Positions 27,603-42,431 of a stretch of DNA of 64,000 nt are shown here, one piece after another; position 1 is the first letter of the stretch, and the number at the start of each line of letters is the position of its first letter. The DNA lies in NCBI GenBank assembly GCA_964016885.1, contig OZ024766.1, positions 20,522,001 through 20,586,000 on the forward strand, in the 5' to 3' direction. This DNA comes from Eledone cirrhosa. Lineage: Eukaryota. Under the pieces are notes generated by a model. The model worked only from the letters and a program-made list of their open reading frames with translations, was not told where the DNA came from and ran no database searches. A program made the position numbers and the translations under genes.

Positions 27603-29063
27603 ATCATCATCTCTCGTCGACTACTGTTGAGATGATGGATCTTACTCTCATGCCCCAGAATCCCCTGTCCCCCATTGCTGCCCCCAGGTCCTGTCTACTG
27701 ATTCCCGTATCCCTAGAGATAACGTCAGGGAATGACAGCTTCCTACTCCTAGTCAGGCTGGAGTCAGGGTTCCAGAGCAAGAGAGCGGATATGATTTCAT
27801 TGCTGGCACGGTGACAGTGGCCAGCAAATTGAGCTCTCCGGGATTTTAGAAGGGCGCGAGGCTCGAGGGAGTTTGCCATAGATTTTAGACAAGGTGGGAT
27901 GTCGTTTCCAGGATAGGTTTTGCACTCTCATTAAGAGGCAGGTATATGTGCCATCCAATCTCCTCTCAGAGTCAGGGTTCCAGAGCAAGAGAGCGGATAT
28001 GATTTCATTGCTGGCACGGTGACAGAGGCCAGCAAATTGAGCTCTCCGGGATTTTAGAAGGGCGCGAGGCTGGAGGGAGTTTGCCATAGATTTTAGACAA
28101 GGTGGGATGTCGTTTCCAGGATAGGTTTTGCACTCTCATTAAGAGGCGGGTATATGTGCCATCCAATCTCCTCTCAGAGTCAGGGTTCCAGAGCAAGAGA
28201 GCGGATATGATTTCATTGCTGGCACGATGACAGTGGCCAGCAAATTGAGCTCTCCGGGATTTTAGAAGGGCGCGAGGTTCGAGGGAGTTTGTCATAGATT
28301 TTAGACAAGGTGGGATGTCGTTTCCAGGATAGGTTTTGCACTCTCATTAAGAGGCGGGTATATGTGCCATCCAATCTCCTCTCAGAGTCAGGGTTCCAGA
28401 GCAAGAGAGCGGATATGATTTCATTGCTGGCACGGTGACAGTGGCCAGCAAATTGAGCTCTCCGGGATTTTAGAAGGGCAGAGGCTCGAGGGAGTTTGCC
28501 ATAGATTTTAGACAAGGTGGGATGTCGTTTCCAGGATAGGTTTTGCACTCTCATTAAGAGGCAGGTATATGTGCCATCCAATCTCCTCTCAGAGTCAGGG
28601 TTCCAGAGCAAGAGAGCAGATATGATTTCATTGCTGGCACGGTGACAGGGGCCAGCAAATTGAGCTCTCCGGGATTTTAGAAGGGCGCGAGGCTGGAGGG
28701 AGTTTGCCATAGATTTTAGACAAGGTGGGATGTCGTTTCCAGGATAGGTTTTGCACTCTCATTAAGAGGCGGGTATATGTGCCATCCAATCTCCTCTCAG
28801 AGTCAGGGTTCCAGAGCAAGAGAGCGGATATGATTTCATTGCTGGCACGGTGACAGTGGCCAGCAAATTGAGCTCTCCGGGATTTTAGAAGGGCGCGAGG
28901 CTCGAGGGAGTTTGCCATAGATTTTAGACAAGGTGGGATGTCGTTTCCAGGATAGGTTTTGCACTCTCATTAAGAGGCAGGTATATGTGCCATCCAATCT
29001 CCTCTCAGAGTCAGGGTTCCAGAGCAAGAGAGCGGATATGATTTCATTGCTGGCACGGTGACA
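27603..29063 (-). mobile_element. LINE 3' fragment amplified as ~208-bp tandem units
   Basis: About 6 repeats coding ERRLDGTYTRLLMRVQNLSWKRH...FAGHCHR, ending in the element terminus with (GAT)n. Confidence 0.8.
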
Positions 29064-29182
29064 GGTGACAGCAAATATGGAGGGCAGCACTAGCCGGTTC
29101 CCGGTATGACAAAAGGCTCAATGTAAATGATCAATGTGTTATTATTTTTATTTTTTACGCACTTTCTTATATATTTATATAT

Positions 29183-29768
29183 GGGGGCACATGGCTTAGT
29201 GGTTAGAACATTGGCCTTGCAATCGAAAGGTTGTGAGTTCAATTCTCAGACCGGGTGATGTGTTGTTTCCTTGAGCAAGACACTTTATTTCACATTGCTC
29301 CAGTTTACTCAGCTGCAGAAACGAGATGATAGGGACTGGGGTCCCTATCATTCCACTGTAAAGTGGTCGTGGAGGTGCCACGGCAAAAAAGCACCCAGCA
29401 CTCACTGTAAAGTGGTCGTGGAGGTACCACGGCAAAAGAAGCACCCAGCACTCACTGTAAAGTGGTCGTGGAGGTGCGACAGCAAAAAAGCACCCAGCCC
29501 TCACTGTAAAGTGGTCGTGGAGGTGCCACGGCAAAAAAGCACCCAGCACTCACTGTAAAGTGGTCATGGAGGTGCCACGGTAAAAACCTCCCAGCCCCAC
29601 ACTGTAAATGTGGTTGGTGTTAGGAAGGGCATCCAGCTGTAGAAAACCCGCCAGACAGTCCTATGCGAACAAGACAACCACTCTTGCCTCAAGTGGGAAA
29701 ACTCCCGTCCAAACCCATGCAAGCGTGGAAGATGGACATTAAACGATGATGATGATGATGATGATGAT
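29183..29768 (+). mobile_element. tRNA-headed SINE, full length, ~5 internal units
   Basis: GGCACATGGCTTAGTGGTTAGA A-box, B-box, 49-bp units, (GAT)n tail. Confidence 0.82.
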
Positions 29769-29984
29769 ATATATATACACACACACATGTATGTTTAAAG
29801 ATGGATTGATTCTTGATGAGAATCGAGAAAGGAACTACAGTTAAAAAAGATACTGAATATATTGGTTTAGTATAGGCATCTTTATTTGATATAGAAAAGG
29901 CTTCTACAGGACTAGAACTGTTTCATTCTTATGAAATCATTCTAACAAATAATTCTAGTTAAAGAGAAGCCATTTATTAATTTA

Positions 29985-31168
<1,184 letters not shown>

Positions 31169-31950
31169 GAGAGAAAACCTCAAACAACCTCTCCAAGTTG
31201 CTGGTTGTATAATCTAGGAAAGGGGTGTGGCCTGAGTTGCTGGTGAGAAGGCGGAGCAGAGCAGTACATGGGCGTGGCTAGAAAACAGCCCCGCCCCTTG
31301 TCCCAACTGTTGGCCCCGCCTTCTATTACAAATAGATGTGTGGTCTGTCATTATGTTAAGTTACAGAGCTGGTGGAGTTGTAATGGCTTGGTAGTGGTCT
31401 GGTGGTCTGGTGGAGGTCTGGTGGAAGGCTTGCTGTGGTCTGGTGGAGATGTTGTGGTCTGGTGGAGGGCTTGCTGTGGTCTGTTGGAGGTCTGGTGGTC
31501 TGGTGGAGGTCTGGTGGAGATCTTGTGGTCTGGTGGAGGGCTTGTTGTGGTCTGGTGGAGGTCTTGTTGTGGTCTGGTGGAGGTCTTGTTGTGGTCTGTT
31601 GGAGGGCTTGTTGTGGTCTGTTGGAGGGCTTGCTGTGGTCTGGTGGAGGGCATGTTGTGGTGGAGGGCTTGCTGTGGTCTGTTGGAGGGCATGTTGTGGT
31701 CTGGTGAAGGGCTTGTTGTGGTCTGGTGAAGGTTTTGTGGTCTGGTGGAGGGCTTGTTGTGGTCTGGTGGAGGGCTTGTTGTGGTCTGGTGATGGTCTTG
31801 TTGTGGTCTGGTGAAGGTCTTGTTGTGGTCTGGTGATGGTCTTGTTGTGGTCTGGTGAAGGTCTTGTGGTCTGGTGGAGACAAACTAACTTCCTTGGGAA
31901 TAGCTGAGCTGAAAATATAAATGGGTAGATATTATATATATATATATATA

Positions 31951-32103
<153 letters not shown>

Positions 32104-32140
32104 CGTTTCTGAATTTGTTTAGCAAGATTCTTTATCTGAA

Positions 32141-32174
<34 letters not shown>

Positions 32175-32817
32175 TATATATATATACATATATTCATATA
32201 TTGTTATACTTGGGGAGGGTCATATTTGCGTAATATTGCCAGAATTAATAACAGAACACACTCACTGTTTGGTTGGTTTTCGCTTCTCGCTGTCTTTTAT
32301 ATATATATATCTGCGATCTAACTTACTCGGTCCTCAATGTTGCCATTGACTGACCGGCGGTCAAAAATAATACAGATACAATATAGACACAAACACATAT
32401 ATATAGTTTACATAATTTACATAAATCTTTCGTTGCACATCTGCAACATCGTCAGTGGTGTTATATTCATTGTTCCTCCTGTTGTGTTGTATGTCTACGC
32501 CATTTTTTTTATTCAGTCTGTCTATATATTTATTTATTTATTTGCTTGTTTGTTTATCTTATTTTATTTTGTCTTCTTTGCGCATGCGTTTGCGTGTGTG
32601 TATAGTGTTATGTGTGATGTGTGACTAGTGTGTATAGTGTTGTGTCTGCTGGGTGACTAGTGTGTGTTTATGTGCTTGTTAGTGAGTGTGTTCTGTTATT
32701 AATTCTGGCAATATTACACAAATATGACCCTCCCCAAGTATAACAATATCTGTTTCGACACACGATTTCATATAAAAAACCTCGCTAAACTAATATATTC
32801 ATATATATACATATATA

Positions 32818-33828
32818 TCCCTCTTATACCCAGTTTCTCTCTCAACACATCACATGTCCATACCACCTCAGTCTCCTCTCCCGTACACTACATTCTATCC
32901 CTCTTATACACAGTTTCTCTCTCAACACATCACATGTCCATACCACCTCAGTCTCCTCTCCCGTACACTACATTCTATCCCTCTTATACACAGTTTCTCT
33001 CTCAACACATCACATGTCCATACCACCTCAGTCTCCTCTCCTGTACACTACATTCTATCCCTCTCAGACACAGTTTCTCTCTCAACACATCATATGTCCA
33101 TACCATTTCAGTCTCCTCTCCCGTACACTACATTCTATCCCTCTCAGACACAGTTTCTCTCTCAACACATCATATGTCCATACCATCTCAGTCTTCTCTC
33201 CCACAACCACAACTTATCCCTCTCAGACACAGTTTCTCTCTCAACACATCATATGTCCATACCACCTCAGTCTCCTCTCCTGTACACTACATTCTATCCC
33301 TCTCAGACACAGTTTCTCTCTCAACACATCACATGTCCATACCACCTCAGTCTTCTCTCCCACACACCACAACTTATCCCTCTCAGACAGTTTCTCTCTC
33401 AACACATCACATGTCCATACCATCTCAGTCTTCTCTCCCACAACCACAACTTATCCCTCTCAGACACAGTTTCTCTCTCAACACATTACATGTCCATACC
33501 ATCTCAGTCTCCTCTCCCGTACACTACATTCTATCCCTCTCAGACACAGTTTCTCTCTCAACACATCACATGTCCATACCACCTCAGTCTCCTCTCCCGT
33601 ACACTACATTCTATCCCTCTCAGACACAGTTTCTCTCTCAACACATCCATGCTGGGTCGTTCACGCACATTTACACTGCACATCCAACAGAGCATGCTTG
33701 CCTCATTTCTCTCCAGCCGTCGCATATCCTCTGCGGTAGCTGCCCATGTCTCACTACCATGCAGCACCGCGCTCCTCACACAGGCATCATACAACCGGCC
33801 TTTCGTACGCAGGGAGAAACCCTTCTTC
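32818..33828 (-). mobile_element. RTE LINE fragment with ~80-bp segment tandemly amplified
   Basis: KGFSLRTKGRLYDAC...HGSETW, then about 10 copies of the VLREKL..RRLRWYGHVMC-coding unit. Confidence 0.85.
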
Positions 33829-33947
33829 GTATATATATTCATATATATACATATATATACATATATATATAGAGTAATGTAAATGCAACATACTTGCGTA
33901 ATCAGTCGGCCATCTTATATAAATAAAAAAAAAAAGGGGGGGTTTTC

Positions 33948-34080
33948 TCATTTCCCTAAAAGCTGTTTCCTCTGTTGCTCCAGGAGCCCCTCTAAGTGGT
34001 CAGCCCTCTTCACGGCTGCCTGGAACTCCTTCTTCAGCTGCGCAGCCACTTCGTCTTTCTTGGCTACAACTTGCTTCACC
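33948..34080 (-). CDS. CEP131: CEP131 terminal exon
   Basis: VKQVVAKKDE...AAVKRADHLEGLLEQQRKQLLGK-stop, matching the CEP131 C-terminal KRADHLE motif. Confidence 0.94.
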
Positions 34081-34952
34081 CTGGTATAACAACAACAACA
34101 ATAACATCATCAGCAGTGGTGGTGGTGTGGTGGTGTGGTAGTAGTAGTGTAGTGGTGTGGTAGTGGTGGTGGTAGTAGTAGTGTAGTGGTGGTGGTGGTG
34201 GTAGTGGTGGTGGTGGTGGTAGTGGTGGTGGTGGTGGTAGTGTAGTGGTAGTGTAGTGGTGGTGGTGGTAGTAGTAGGGTGGTGGTGTGGTGGTGGTGGT
34301 GGTAGTGTAGTGGTGGTGGTAGTAGTGTAGTTGTGGTGTAGTAGTGTAGTGGTGGTGGTGGTGGTAGTGTAGTGATAGTGTAGTGGTGGTAGTAGTGGTG
34401 TAGTGGTGGTGGTAGTGTAGTGGTGGTGGTAGGAGGTATATGCCCCCCCCCCCCTGTTGAGAACCTTTGCTCTACAACACCACCACCACAGCAACAAATC
34501 CCTCTCCCCAACACCACCACCACCACCACAATACAACCCTCTCCCCAATACCACCACCACCACCACCACCACCACCACAATACAACCCTCTCCCCAATAC
34601 CACCACCACCACCACCACCACCACAACAATACAACCCTCTCCCCACCACCACCACAACAACAATACAACCCTCTCCCCACCACCACCACAACAACAATAA
34701 ATCCCTCTCCCCACCACCACCACAACAACAATAAATCCCTCTCCCCAACACCACCACCACCACAACAACAACAACACAACCCTCTCCCCAACACCACCAC
34801 AACAACAACAACACAACCCTCTCCCCACCACCACCACCACCACAATACAACCCTCTCCTCAATACCACCACCACCACCACCACCACCACCACAACAATAC
34901 AACCCTCTCCCCAACAACAACATAAACAACAACAACAGCAACAGCAACGAAC

Positions 34953-35170
34953 CTCTCGTGCACACTGGCCAGCTCAGCGTCCTTCTGCCTCTGGATCCGC
35001 TCCATCTCAGTTCTGCACCTCTCCACATCGATACGATGTTTAGCCTTCAGTTCGGCCATCTCCTGCCTCGTCCTTCGGCTCTCCTCGTCAGTCGAGACGA
35101 TCCTGTCCACAAACTCCTGCCTCACAACCTCCGACACTGCGTCTCGTTCCCGGTGGAATTTATCCAGAGC
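34953..35170 (-). CDS. CEP131: CEP131 exon
   Basis: ALDKFHRERDAVSEVVRQEFVDRI...KDAELASVHER. CAG acceptor, GTTCGT donor, phases 0-2. Confidence 0.93.
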
Positions 35171-35256
35171 CTGGAAAGGAAATAACAGATGTGTCTCCGT
35201 CTGTGTGAATTTGTGTAAATACATACATACATACATATATATACTGATTAATGTTC

Positions 35257-35862
35257 AGAGACTGAGGTTAGCTGGACATGCTCACCGACATCCAGAGTTG
35301 ACACTGCACTCAGTGCTCCTGTGGGAGCCCCTGCATGGACACACTAGAAGAGGGAGACTGAGGTTAGCTGGACATGGTCACCGACATCCAGAGTTGACAC
35401 TGCACTCAGTGCTCCTGTGGGAGCCCCTACATGGACACACTGGAAGAGGGAGACTGAGGTTAGCTGGACATGCTCACCGACATCCAGAGTTGACACTGCA
35501 CTCAGTGCTCCTGTGGGAGCCCCTACACGGACACACTAGAAGAGGGAGACTGAGGTTAGCTGGACATGCTCACCGACATCCAGAGTTGACACTGCACTCA
35601 GTGCTCCTGTGGGAGCCCCCTACATTGACACACTAAAAGAGGGAGACTGAGGTTAGCTGGACATGCTCACCGACATCCAGAGTTGACACTGCACTCAGTG
35701 CTCCTGTGGGAGCCCCTACATGGACACACTGGAAGAGGAAGACCAAGGTTAACATATGTTGATGTCCTAAGGACAGACACTGGTCTGTTGGAGACGCAGG
35801 ACATGGCAGTGATAATGAGGGACAGAGACCGCTGGAGAGAACTCATCCATGGATCTCGGGAA
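35257..35862 (+). mobile_element. LINE 3' fragment with 96-bp tandem amplification
   Basis: RLRLAGHAHRHPEL...LWEPLHG five times, then GRPRLTYVD. An unamplified copy is at 5503-5736. Confidence 0.8.
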
Positions 35863-36764
35863 TTTATATATATAGATATATATATATATAAATAATTACA
35901 AGTGACATAAACAGGTGCTAAAGTTTCGTTGGGTTCTGGGCCCCAATTTCTTCAGTCTGTCAATCGGACCCATATACTTTTTATATCTACCTCAAAAGAT
36001 AGAGAGGAAATGAGAAAGAGATATAGAAAAAGATTTACCCCAGTACATCACTGGTATTTTTTATATCAACCTCGAATGAGAGAGAGGAAGTGAGAGAGAG
36101 ATATAGAGGAAGAATCTACCCCAGTACATCACTGGTACTTTTTCTATCTACCTCAAAAGATAGAGAGGGAGTGAGAGAGAGATATAGAGGAAGAATCTAC
36201 CCCCAGTACAACACTGGTATTTTTTATATCAACCTCAAATGATAGAGAGGAAGTGAGAGAGAGATATAGAGGAAGAATCTACCCAGTACATCACTGGTAC
36301 TTTTTGTATCAACCTCAAATGATAGAGAGGAAGTGAGAAAGAGATATAGAGGAAGAATCTACCCCAGTACAACACTGGTACTTTTTATATCAACCTCGAA
36401 TGATAGAGAGGAAGAATGTACCCCAGTACATCACTGGTACTTTTTATATCAACCTCGAATGATAGAGAGGAAGAATGTACCCCAGTACAACACTGGTACT
36501 TTTTATATCAACCTCGAAAGATAGAGAGGAAGTGAGAGAGAGATATAGAATAATCTGCCCCAGTACAACACTGGTACTTTTTATATCAACCTCGAAACAC
36601 GAAAGGCTTAACAACTGTTTCCAGAAACTCAATGTAGGAAGCAGAGTTAAGTTTAAGGCCTTGTAGATAGAATTAAGGATGCATCACATGACCTTCATTG
36701 GTGACAAAACCCCCAAAAAACCACGACAGTTCCAGGATATTTTTGTGTGCCGAAATATTTTTAC

Positions 36765-36851
36765 CTGATTCAGACTGTCAATTTCATAAATCTTCTGTTT
36801 TAGCTTCACTTTCAATTGCTCGTTGTGACCTTTGACCTCAGTCAGCTCGGC
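36765..36851 (-). CDS. CEP131: CEP131 exon
   Basis: AELTEVKGHNEQLKVKLKQKIYEIDSLNQ, coiled-coil-like. TAG acceptor, GTAAAA donor, phases 0-0. Confidence 0.88.
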
Positions 36852-36994
36852 CTAAATAGGGTCCACACGCAACAAAAAGAAAAAAAACGAGGGTTAGATT
36901 TTTTTAAGAGACAAAAGAAAAGGTTTTTTTTTTTTAACTCTTAACATTCTGTAACGATGTAGCACAAAATATCTAAAAACAGGTTTGTTAATTC

Positions 36995-38162
36995 AAATGT
37001 TTATAGTATCTTTACTGGTGGACAGATTGTTGTGTATATTTACAGTATTACAGTAAAGACTTTAATATTTAATGTGATGTAGTCATAGTGTTGTTTTGTA
37101 CTAAATGTTTATAGTATCTTTACTGGTGGACAGATTGTTGTGAATATTTACAGTATTACAGTAAAGACTTTAATATTTAATGTGATGTAGTCATAGTGTT
37201 GTTTTGTACTAAATGTTTATAGTATCTTTACTGGTGGACAGATTGTTGTGAATATTTACAGTATTACAGTAAAGACTTTAATATTTAATGTGATGTAGTC
37301 ATAGTGTTGTTTTGTACTAAATGTTTATAGTATCTTTACTGGTGGACAGATTGTTGTGAATATTTACAGTACTACAGTAAAGACTTTAATATTTAATGTG
37401 ATGTAGTCATAGTGTTGTTTTGTACTAAATGTTTATAGTATCTTTACTGGTGGACAGATTGTTGTGAATATTTACAGTACTACAGTAAAGACTTTAATAT
37501 TTAATGTGATGTAGTCATAGTGTTGTTTTGTACTAAATGTTTATAGTATCTTTACTGGTGGACAGATTGTTGTGAATATTTACAGTATTACAGTAAAGAC
37601 TTTAATATTTAATGTGATGTAGTCATAGTGTTGTTTTGTACTAAATGTTTATAGTATCTTTACTGGTGGACAGATTGTTGTGAATATTTACAGTATTACA
37701 GTAAAGACTTTAATATTTAATGTGATGTAGTCATAGTGTTGTTTTGTACTAAATGTTTATAGTATCTTTACTGGTGGACAGATTGTTGTGAATATTTACA
37801 GTATTACAGTAAAGACTTTAATATTTAATGTGATGTAGTCATAGTGTTGTTTTCTACTAAATGTTTATAGTATCTTTACTGGTGGACAGATTGTTGTGAA
37901 TATTTACAGTATTACAGTAAAGACTTTAATATATAATGTGATGTAGTCATAGTGTTGTTTTCTACTAAATGTTTATAGTATCTTTACTGGTGGACAGATT
38001 GTTGTGAATATTTACAGTATTACAGTAAAGACTTTAATATTTAATGTGATGCAGTCATAGTGTTGTTTTGTACTAAATGTTTATAGTATCTTTACTGGTG
38101 GACAGATTGTTGTGAATATTTACAGTATTACAGTAAAGACTTTAATATTTAATGTGATGTAG
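36995..38162. repeat. ~108-bp tandem array
   Basis: About 11 near-identical units. Confidence 0.92.
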
Positions 38163-38299
38163 ACATATATACGTAGACGCATGGCTCTAGGTTTAGGGTA
38201 TTTGTCTGACAATTGTAAAGTTCTGAGTTCGATTCCAGGTGGCGTGTGGGTCCTTGAAGAAAAAGAAGGCAAAGAAGAATAATGCAAACAACGACAAAC

Positions 38300-38384
38300 T
38301 TTTATTTCATTATATCTGCTAATGGCTGATTTTTCGGACTGTTCCAGCTCCTTGACTTCTGCTTCACATTTCTCTCGGATCCGT
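38300..38384 (-). CDS. CEP131: CEP131 exon
   Basis: RIREKCEAEVKELEQSEKSAISRYNEIK. CAG acceptor, weak donor AAA|GTTTGT, phases 2-0. Confidence 0.88.
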
Positions 38385-38570
38385 CTGGGAGAAAAAAACA
38401 AACCTTTGTTAAGTTATGTTCCATTAGAAATATGGTAACGAAAGGGTTAAAGTGTTTATATTTATCTAAGAACCTTCCATCTTAATTTTATGTAGGAACC
38501 TTTGTTAAGTTATGTTCCAAACACCACAGACAGTGCCTTTCATTAGAAATATGCCAATGAAGGGGTTAAA

Positions 38571-39410
38571 CAGTAAAACAGTACTGGGGTTGATATGGTT
38601 GACTAAATCAAGGCAGTGCCCCAGCCTGGCCACAGTCTAGTGACTGAAACCAGTAAAACAGTACTGGGGTTGATATGGTTGACTAAATCAAGGCAGTGCC
38701 CCAGCCTGGCCACAGCCTAGTGACTGAAACCAGTAAAACAGTACTGGGGTTGATATGGTTGACTAAATCAAGGCATTGCCCCAGGATGGCCACAGTCTGG
38801 TGACTGAAACCAGTAAAACAGTACTGGGGTTGATATGGTTGACTAAATCAAGGCAGTGCCCCAGGATGGCCACAGTCTAGTGACTGAAACCAGTAAAACA
38901 GTACTGGGGTTGATATGGTTGACTAAATCAAGGCAGTGCCCCAGCATGGCCACAGTCTAGTGACTGAAACCAGTAAAACAGTACTGGGGTTGATATGGTT
39001 GACTAAATCAAGGCAGTGCCCCAGGATGGCCACAGTCTAGTGACTGAAACCAGTAAAACAGTACTGGGGTTGATATGGTTGACTAAATCAAGGCAGTGCC
39101 CCAGCATGGCCACAGTCTAGTGACTGAAACCAGTAAAACAGTACTGGGGTTGATATGGTTGACTAAATCAAGGCAGTGCCCCAGGATGGCCACAGTCTAG
39201 TGACTGAAACCAGTAAAACAGTACTGGGGTTGATATGGTTGACTAAATCAAGGCAGTGCCCCAGGATGGCCACAGTCTAGTGACTGAAACCAGTAAAACA
39301 GTACTGGGGTTGATATGGTTGACTAAATCAAGGCAGTGGCCCAGCCTGGCCACAGTAAATCAAGGCAGTGCCCCAGCATGGCCACAGTCTAGTGACTGAA
39401 ACCAGTAAAA
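38571..39410. repeat. 60-bp tandem array
   Basis: About 13 units of CAGTAAAACAGTACTGGGGTTGATATGGTTGACTAAATCAAGGCAGTGCCCCAG-type sequence (SINE-tail-like). The period should be confirmed computationally. Confidence 0.7.
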
Positions 39411-39455
39411 ACAATTGAAAACCTCAAAAAAAAAAATTTCTTATTCTCGCCTTAC

Positions 39456-39679
39456 TTGATCCGGTTCTGGGCAGTTCTCTCCGTTTCCTCGTGGGAGACA
39501 GTGGCATCGGCCTCTAGCCTACTGATGACGAGTTCGATCTCTCGGTCCCTGTCCTTGCGCACTTTCTCCTTCAAGTCCCTTTCCTTGGACAATAGAACGG
39601 TCTCTTGCTTCTTCAGGAAGTTCTCCTCACAGGCATCCTTCTCTACAGCGAACCTGTCACGCAGGGCTTGGAGCTCACT
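39456..39679 (-). CDS. CEP131: CEP131 exon
   Basis: SELQALRDRF...RKDRDREIELVISRLE...AQNRIK. CAG acceptor, GTAAGG donor, phases 0-2. Confidence 0.94.
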
Positions 39680-40364
39680 CTGAAGATGCAAAGAACAAAC
39701 AAACAAAATATAGACATCTTAAAAAAATTTTTTTTTTAATTAAAATTTTTTTATTTTTTATTTTTTTTAAATTTAAAAAAAAATTTTTTTTTTTTTAAAT
39801 TTAAAAATTTTTTGTTTTTTTAATTTAAAAAAAAAAAAAAATTATAAAAAAATAAAAAAATTTTTTTTTTAAATTAAAAAAAAGTTTAATGTCTATCTTC
39901 CACGCCATGGGTTAGACGGGAGTTGTCCCACTTGAGGCAAGATTGGTCAAGTGACTGTGTCTCGCTCGTATAGGACTGTCTGACAGGTTTTCTATGGCTG
40001 GATGCCCTTCCTAACACCAACCACGTTTACAGTGTGGGGCTGGGAGGTTTTTACCGTGTTACCTACACAGCCACATTACAGTGTGGACTGGGTGCTTTTT
40101 ACCATGTTACCTACACAGTCACATTACAGCGTGGACTGGGAGGTTTTTACCGTGTTACCTACACAGCCACATTACAGCGTGGACTGGGAGGTTTTTACCG
40201 TGTTACCTACACAGCCACATTACAGCGTGGACTGGGAGGTTTTTGTCATGACACCTACACAGATTTTCAACAAGGAAGAGGTCCAACCATCTGTGTTTAC
40301 GCATCTGACATGACACCCTTAATTTAACTTAATTTTGGATATATATAAATACGGCCCCTTAATT

Positions 40365-41868
40365 GTCACGAAAAAAAACAAAAACACACACAGTCCACGC
40401 TGTAATGTGGCCGTGTAGGTAACACGGTAAAAACCTCCCAGTTCCACACTGTAAACGTGGTTGGTGTTAGGAAGGGCATCCAGCTGTAGAAAACCCACCA
40501 GACGTGTAGGTGTCACGACAAAAAAACACACAGTCCACGCTGTAATGTGGTCGTGTAGGTAACACGGTAAAAACCTCCCAGTCCACACTGTAAACGTGGT
40601 TGGTGTTAGGAAGGGCATCCATCCGTAGAAAACCCGCCAGACGTGTAGGTGTCACGACAAAAAAACACACAGTCCACGCTGTAATGTGGTCGTGTAGGTA
40701 ACACGGTAAAAACCTCCCAGTCCACACTGTAAACGTGGTTGGTGTTAGGAAGGGCATCCATCTGTAGAAAACCCACCAGACGTGTAGGTGTCATGACAAA
40801 AAACACAGTCCACGCTGTAATGTGGCCGTGTAGGTAACACGGTAAAAACCTCCCAGTTCCACACTGTAAACGTGGTTGGTGTTAGGAAGGGCATCCAGCC
40901 GTAGAAAACCCGCCAGACGTGTAGGTGTCACGACAAAAAAACACACAGTCCACGCTGCAATGTGGCCGTGTAGGTAACACGGTAAAAACCTCCCAGTTCC
41001 ACACTGTAAACGTGGTTGGTGTTAGGAAGGGCACCCAGCCGTAGAAAACCCGCCAGACGTGTAGGTGTCATGACAAAAAAACACACAGTCCACGCTGTAA
41101 TGTGGCCGTGTAGGTAACACGGTAAAAACCTCCCAGTCCACACTGTAAACGTGGTTGGTGTTAGGAAGGGCATCCATCTGTAGAAAACCCACCAGACGTG
41201 TAGGTGTCACGACAAAAAAACACACAGTCCACGCTGTAATGTGGCCGTGTAGGTAACACGGCAAAAACCTCCCAGTCCACACTGTAAACGTGGTTGGTGT
41301 TAGGAAGGGCATCCAACTGTAGAAAACCCACCAGACGTGTAGGTGTCATGACAAAACAACACACAGTCCACGCTGTAATGTGGCTGTGTAGGTAACACGG
41401 CAAAAACCTCCCAGTTCACACTGTAAACGTGGTTGGTGTTAGGAAGGGCACCCAGCCGTAGAAAACCCGCCAGACGTGTAGGTGTCATGACAAAAAAACA
41501 CACAGTCCACGCTGTAATGTGGCCGTGTAGGCAACACGGTAAAAACCTCCCAGCCCCACACTGTAAACGGGGTTGGTGTTAGGAAGGGCATCCATCTGTA
41601 GAAAACCCACCAGACGTGTAGGTGTCATGACAAAAAAACACACAGTCCACGCTGTAATGTGGCCGTGTAGGTAACACGGTAAAAACCTCCCAGTCCACAC
41701 TGTAAACGTGGTTGGTGTTGGGAAGGGCATCCAGCTGTAGAAAACCCACCAGACAGTCCTATGCGAGCAGGACAACCACTCTTGCCTCAAGTGGGAAAAC
41801 TCCCGTCTAAACCCATGCTAGCGTGGAAGATGGACGTTAAACGATGATGATGATGATGATGATGATGA
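40365..41868 (+). mobile_element. SINE 3' part amplified as ~139-bp units
   Basis: About 10 units each containing AGGAAGGGCATCC, then a terminal (GAT)n tail. An inverted relative lies at 39885-40262. Confidence 0.75.
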
Positions 41869-42096
41869 TATATATGATATAGACCTGGGATGACGTGATA
41901 AAAGCCGACCTTACCCAATTGCACCTCTCAAGGGCGATGATGACACACGACCGTGACCTCTGGCGTCACACAGTAATACAGAAGACACCACTCACACCCA
42001 CACGTGTACAAGCCGAAGCTTATGATGATGATGATGATGATGATTATATTAATGGTGGCGGCGGTGATGGTGATGGTTTGACGGTGATATACATAC

Positions 42097-42322
42097 AGCG
42101 TGCCTGCGTTCCTGGTCCTCGCGGGCCTTGTCAAACTCCACCTTGGTGGAGCTGAGTAGCTGCTGGTGTGACTCGTGCAGTTGCTGCTTGAGCCGATCGT
42201 TCTCCGCCCGTTCTCTACAGGACTGGGATGCTAGCCTCCTCTTCTCGTCGTCGACCTCGCCGTAGAGCCGACGGCGTTCGTTCTGGAACGACTCCTCTTC
42301 GTGCTGTATCTGCTTCTCGTAC
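42097..42322 (-). CDS. CEP131: CEP131 exon
   Basis: YEKQIQHEEESFQNERRRLYGEVDDEK...EDQERRHA. CAG acceptor, GTATGT donor, phases 2-0. Confidence 0.93.
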
Positions 42323-42431
42323 CTGTGGTGGAGGTGGGAGGACAGAGAGAGAGAGAGGGTGAGAAGAGATATATACCTACATATATATATATGTAGGTAT
42401 ATATATATATATATATATAATAATCATAATA

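Noticed and set aside
29183-29260. tRNA genes at SINE heads (also 1133, 50110, 51511, 51922)
   Set aside because: A/B boxes are present but there is no complete cloverleaf, and the sequence continues into SINE body and tail.
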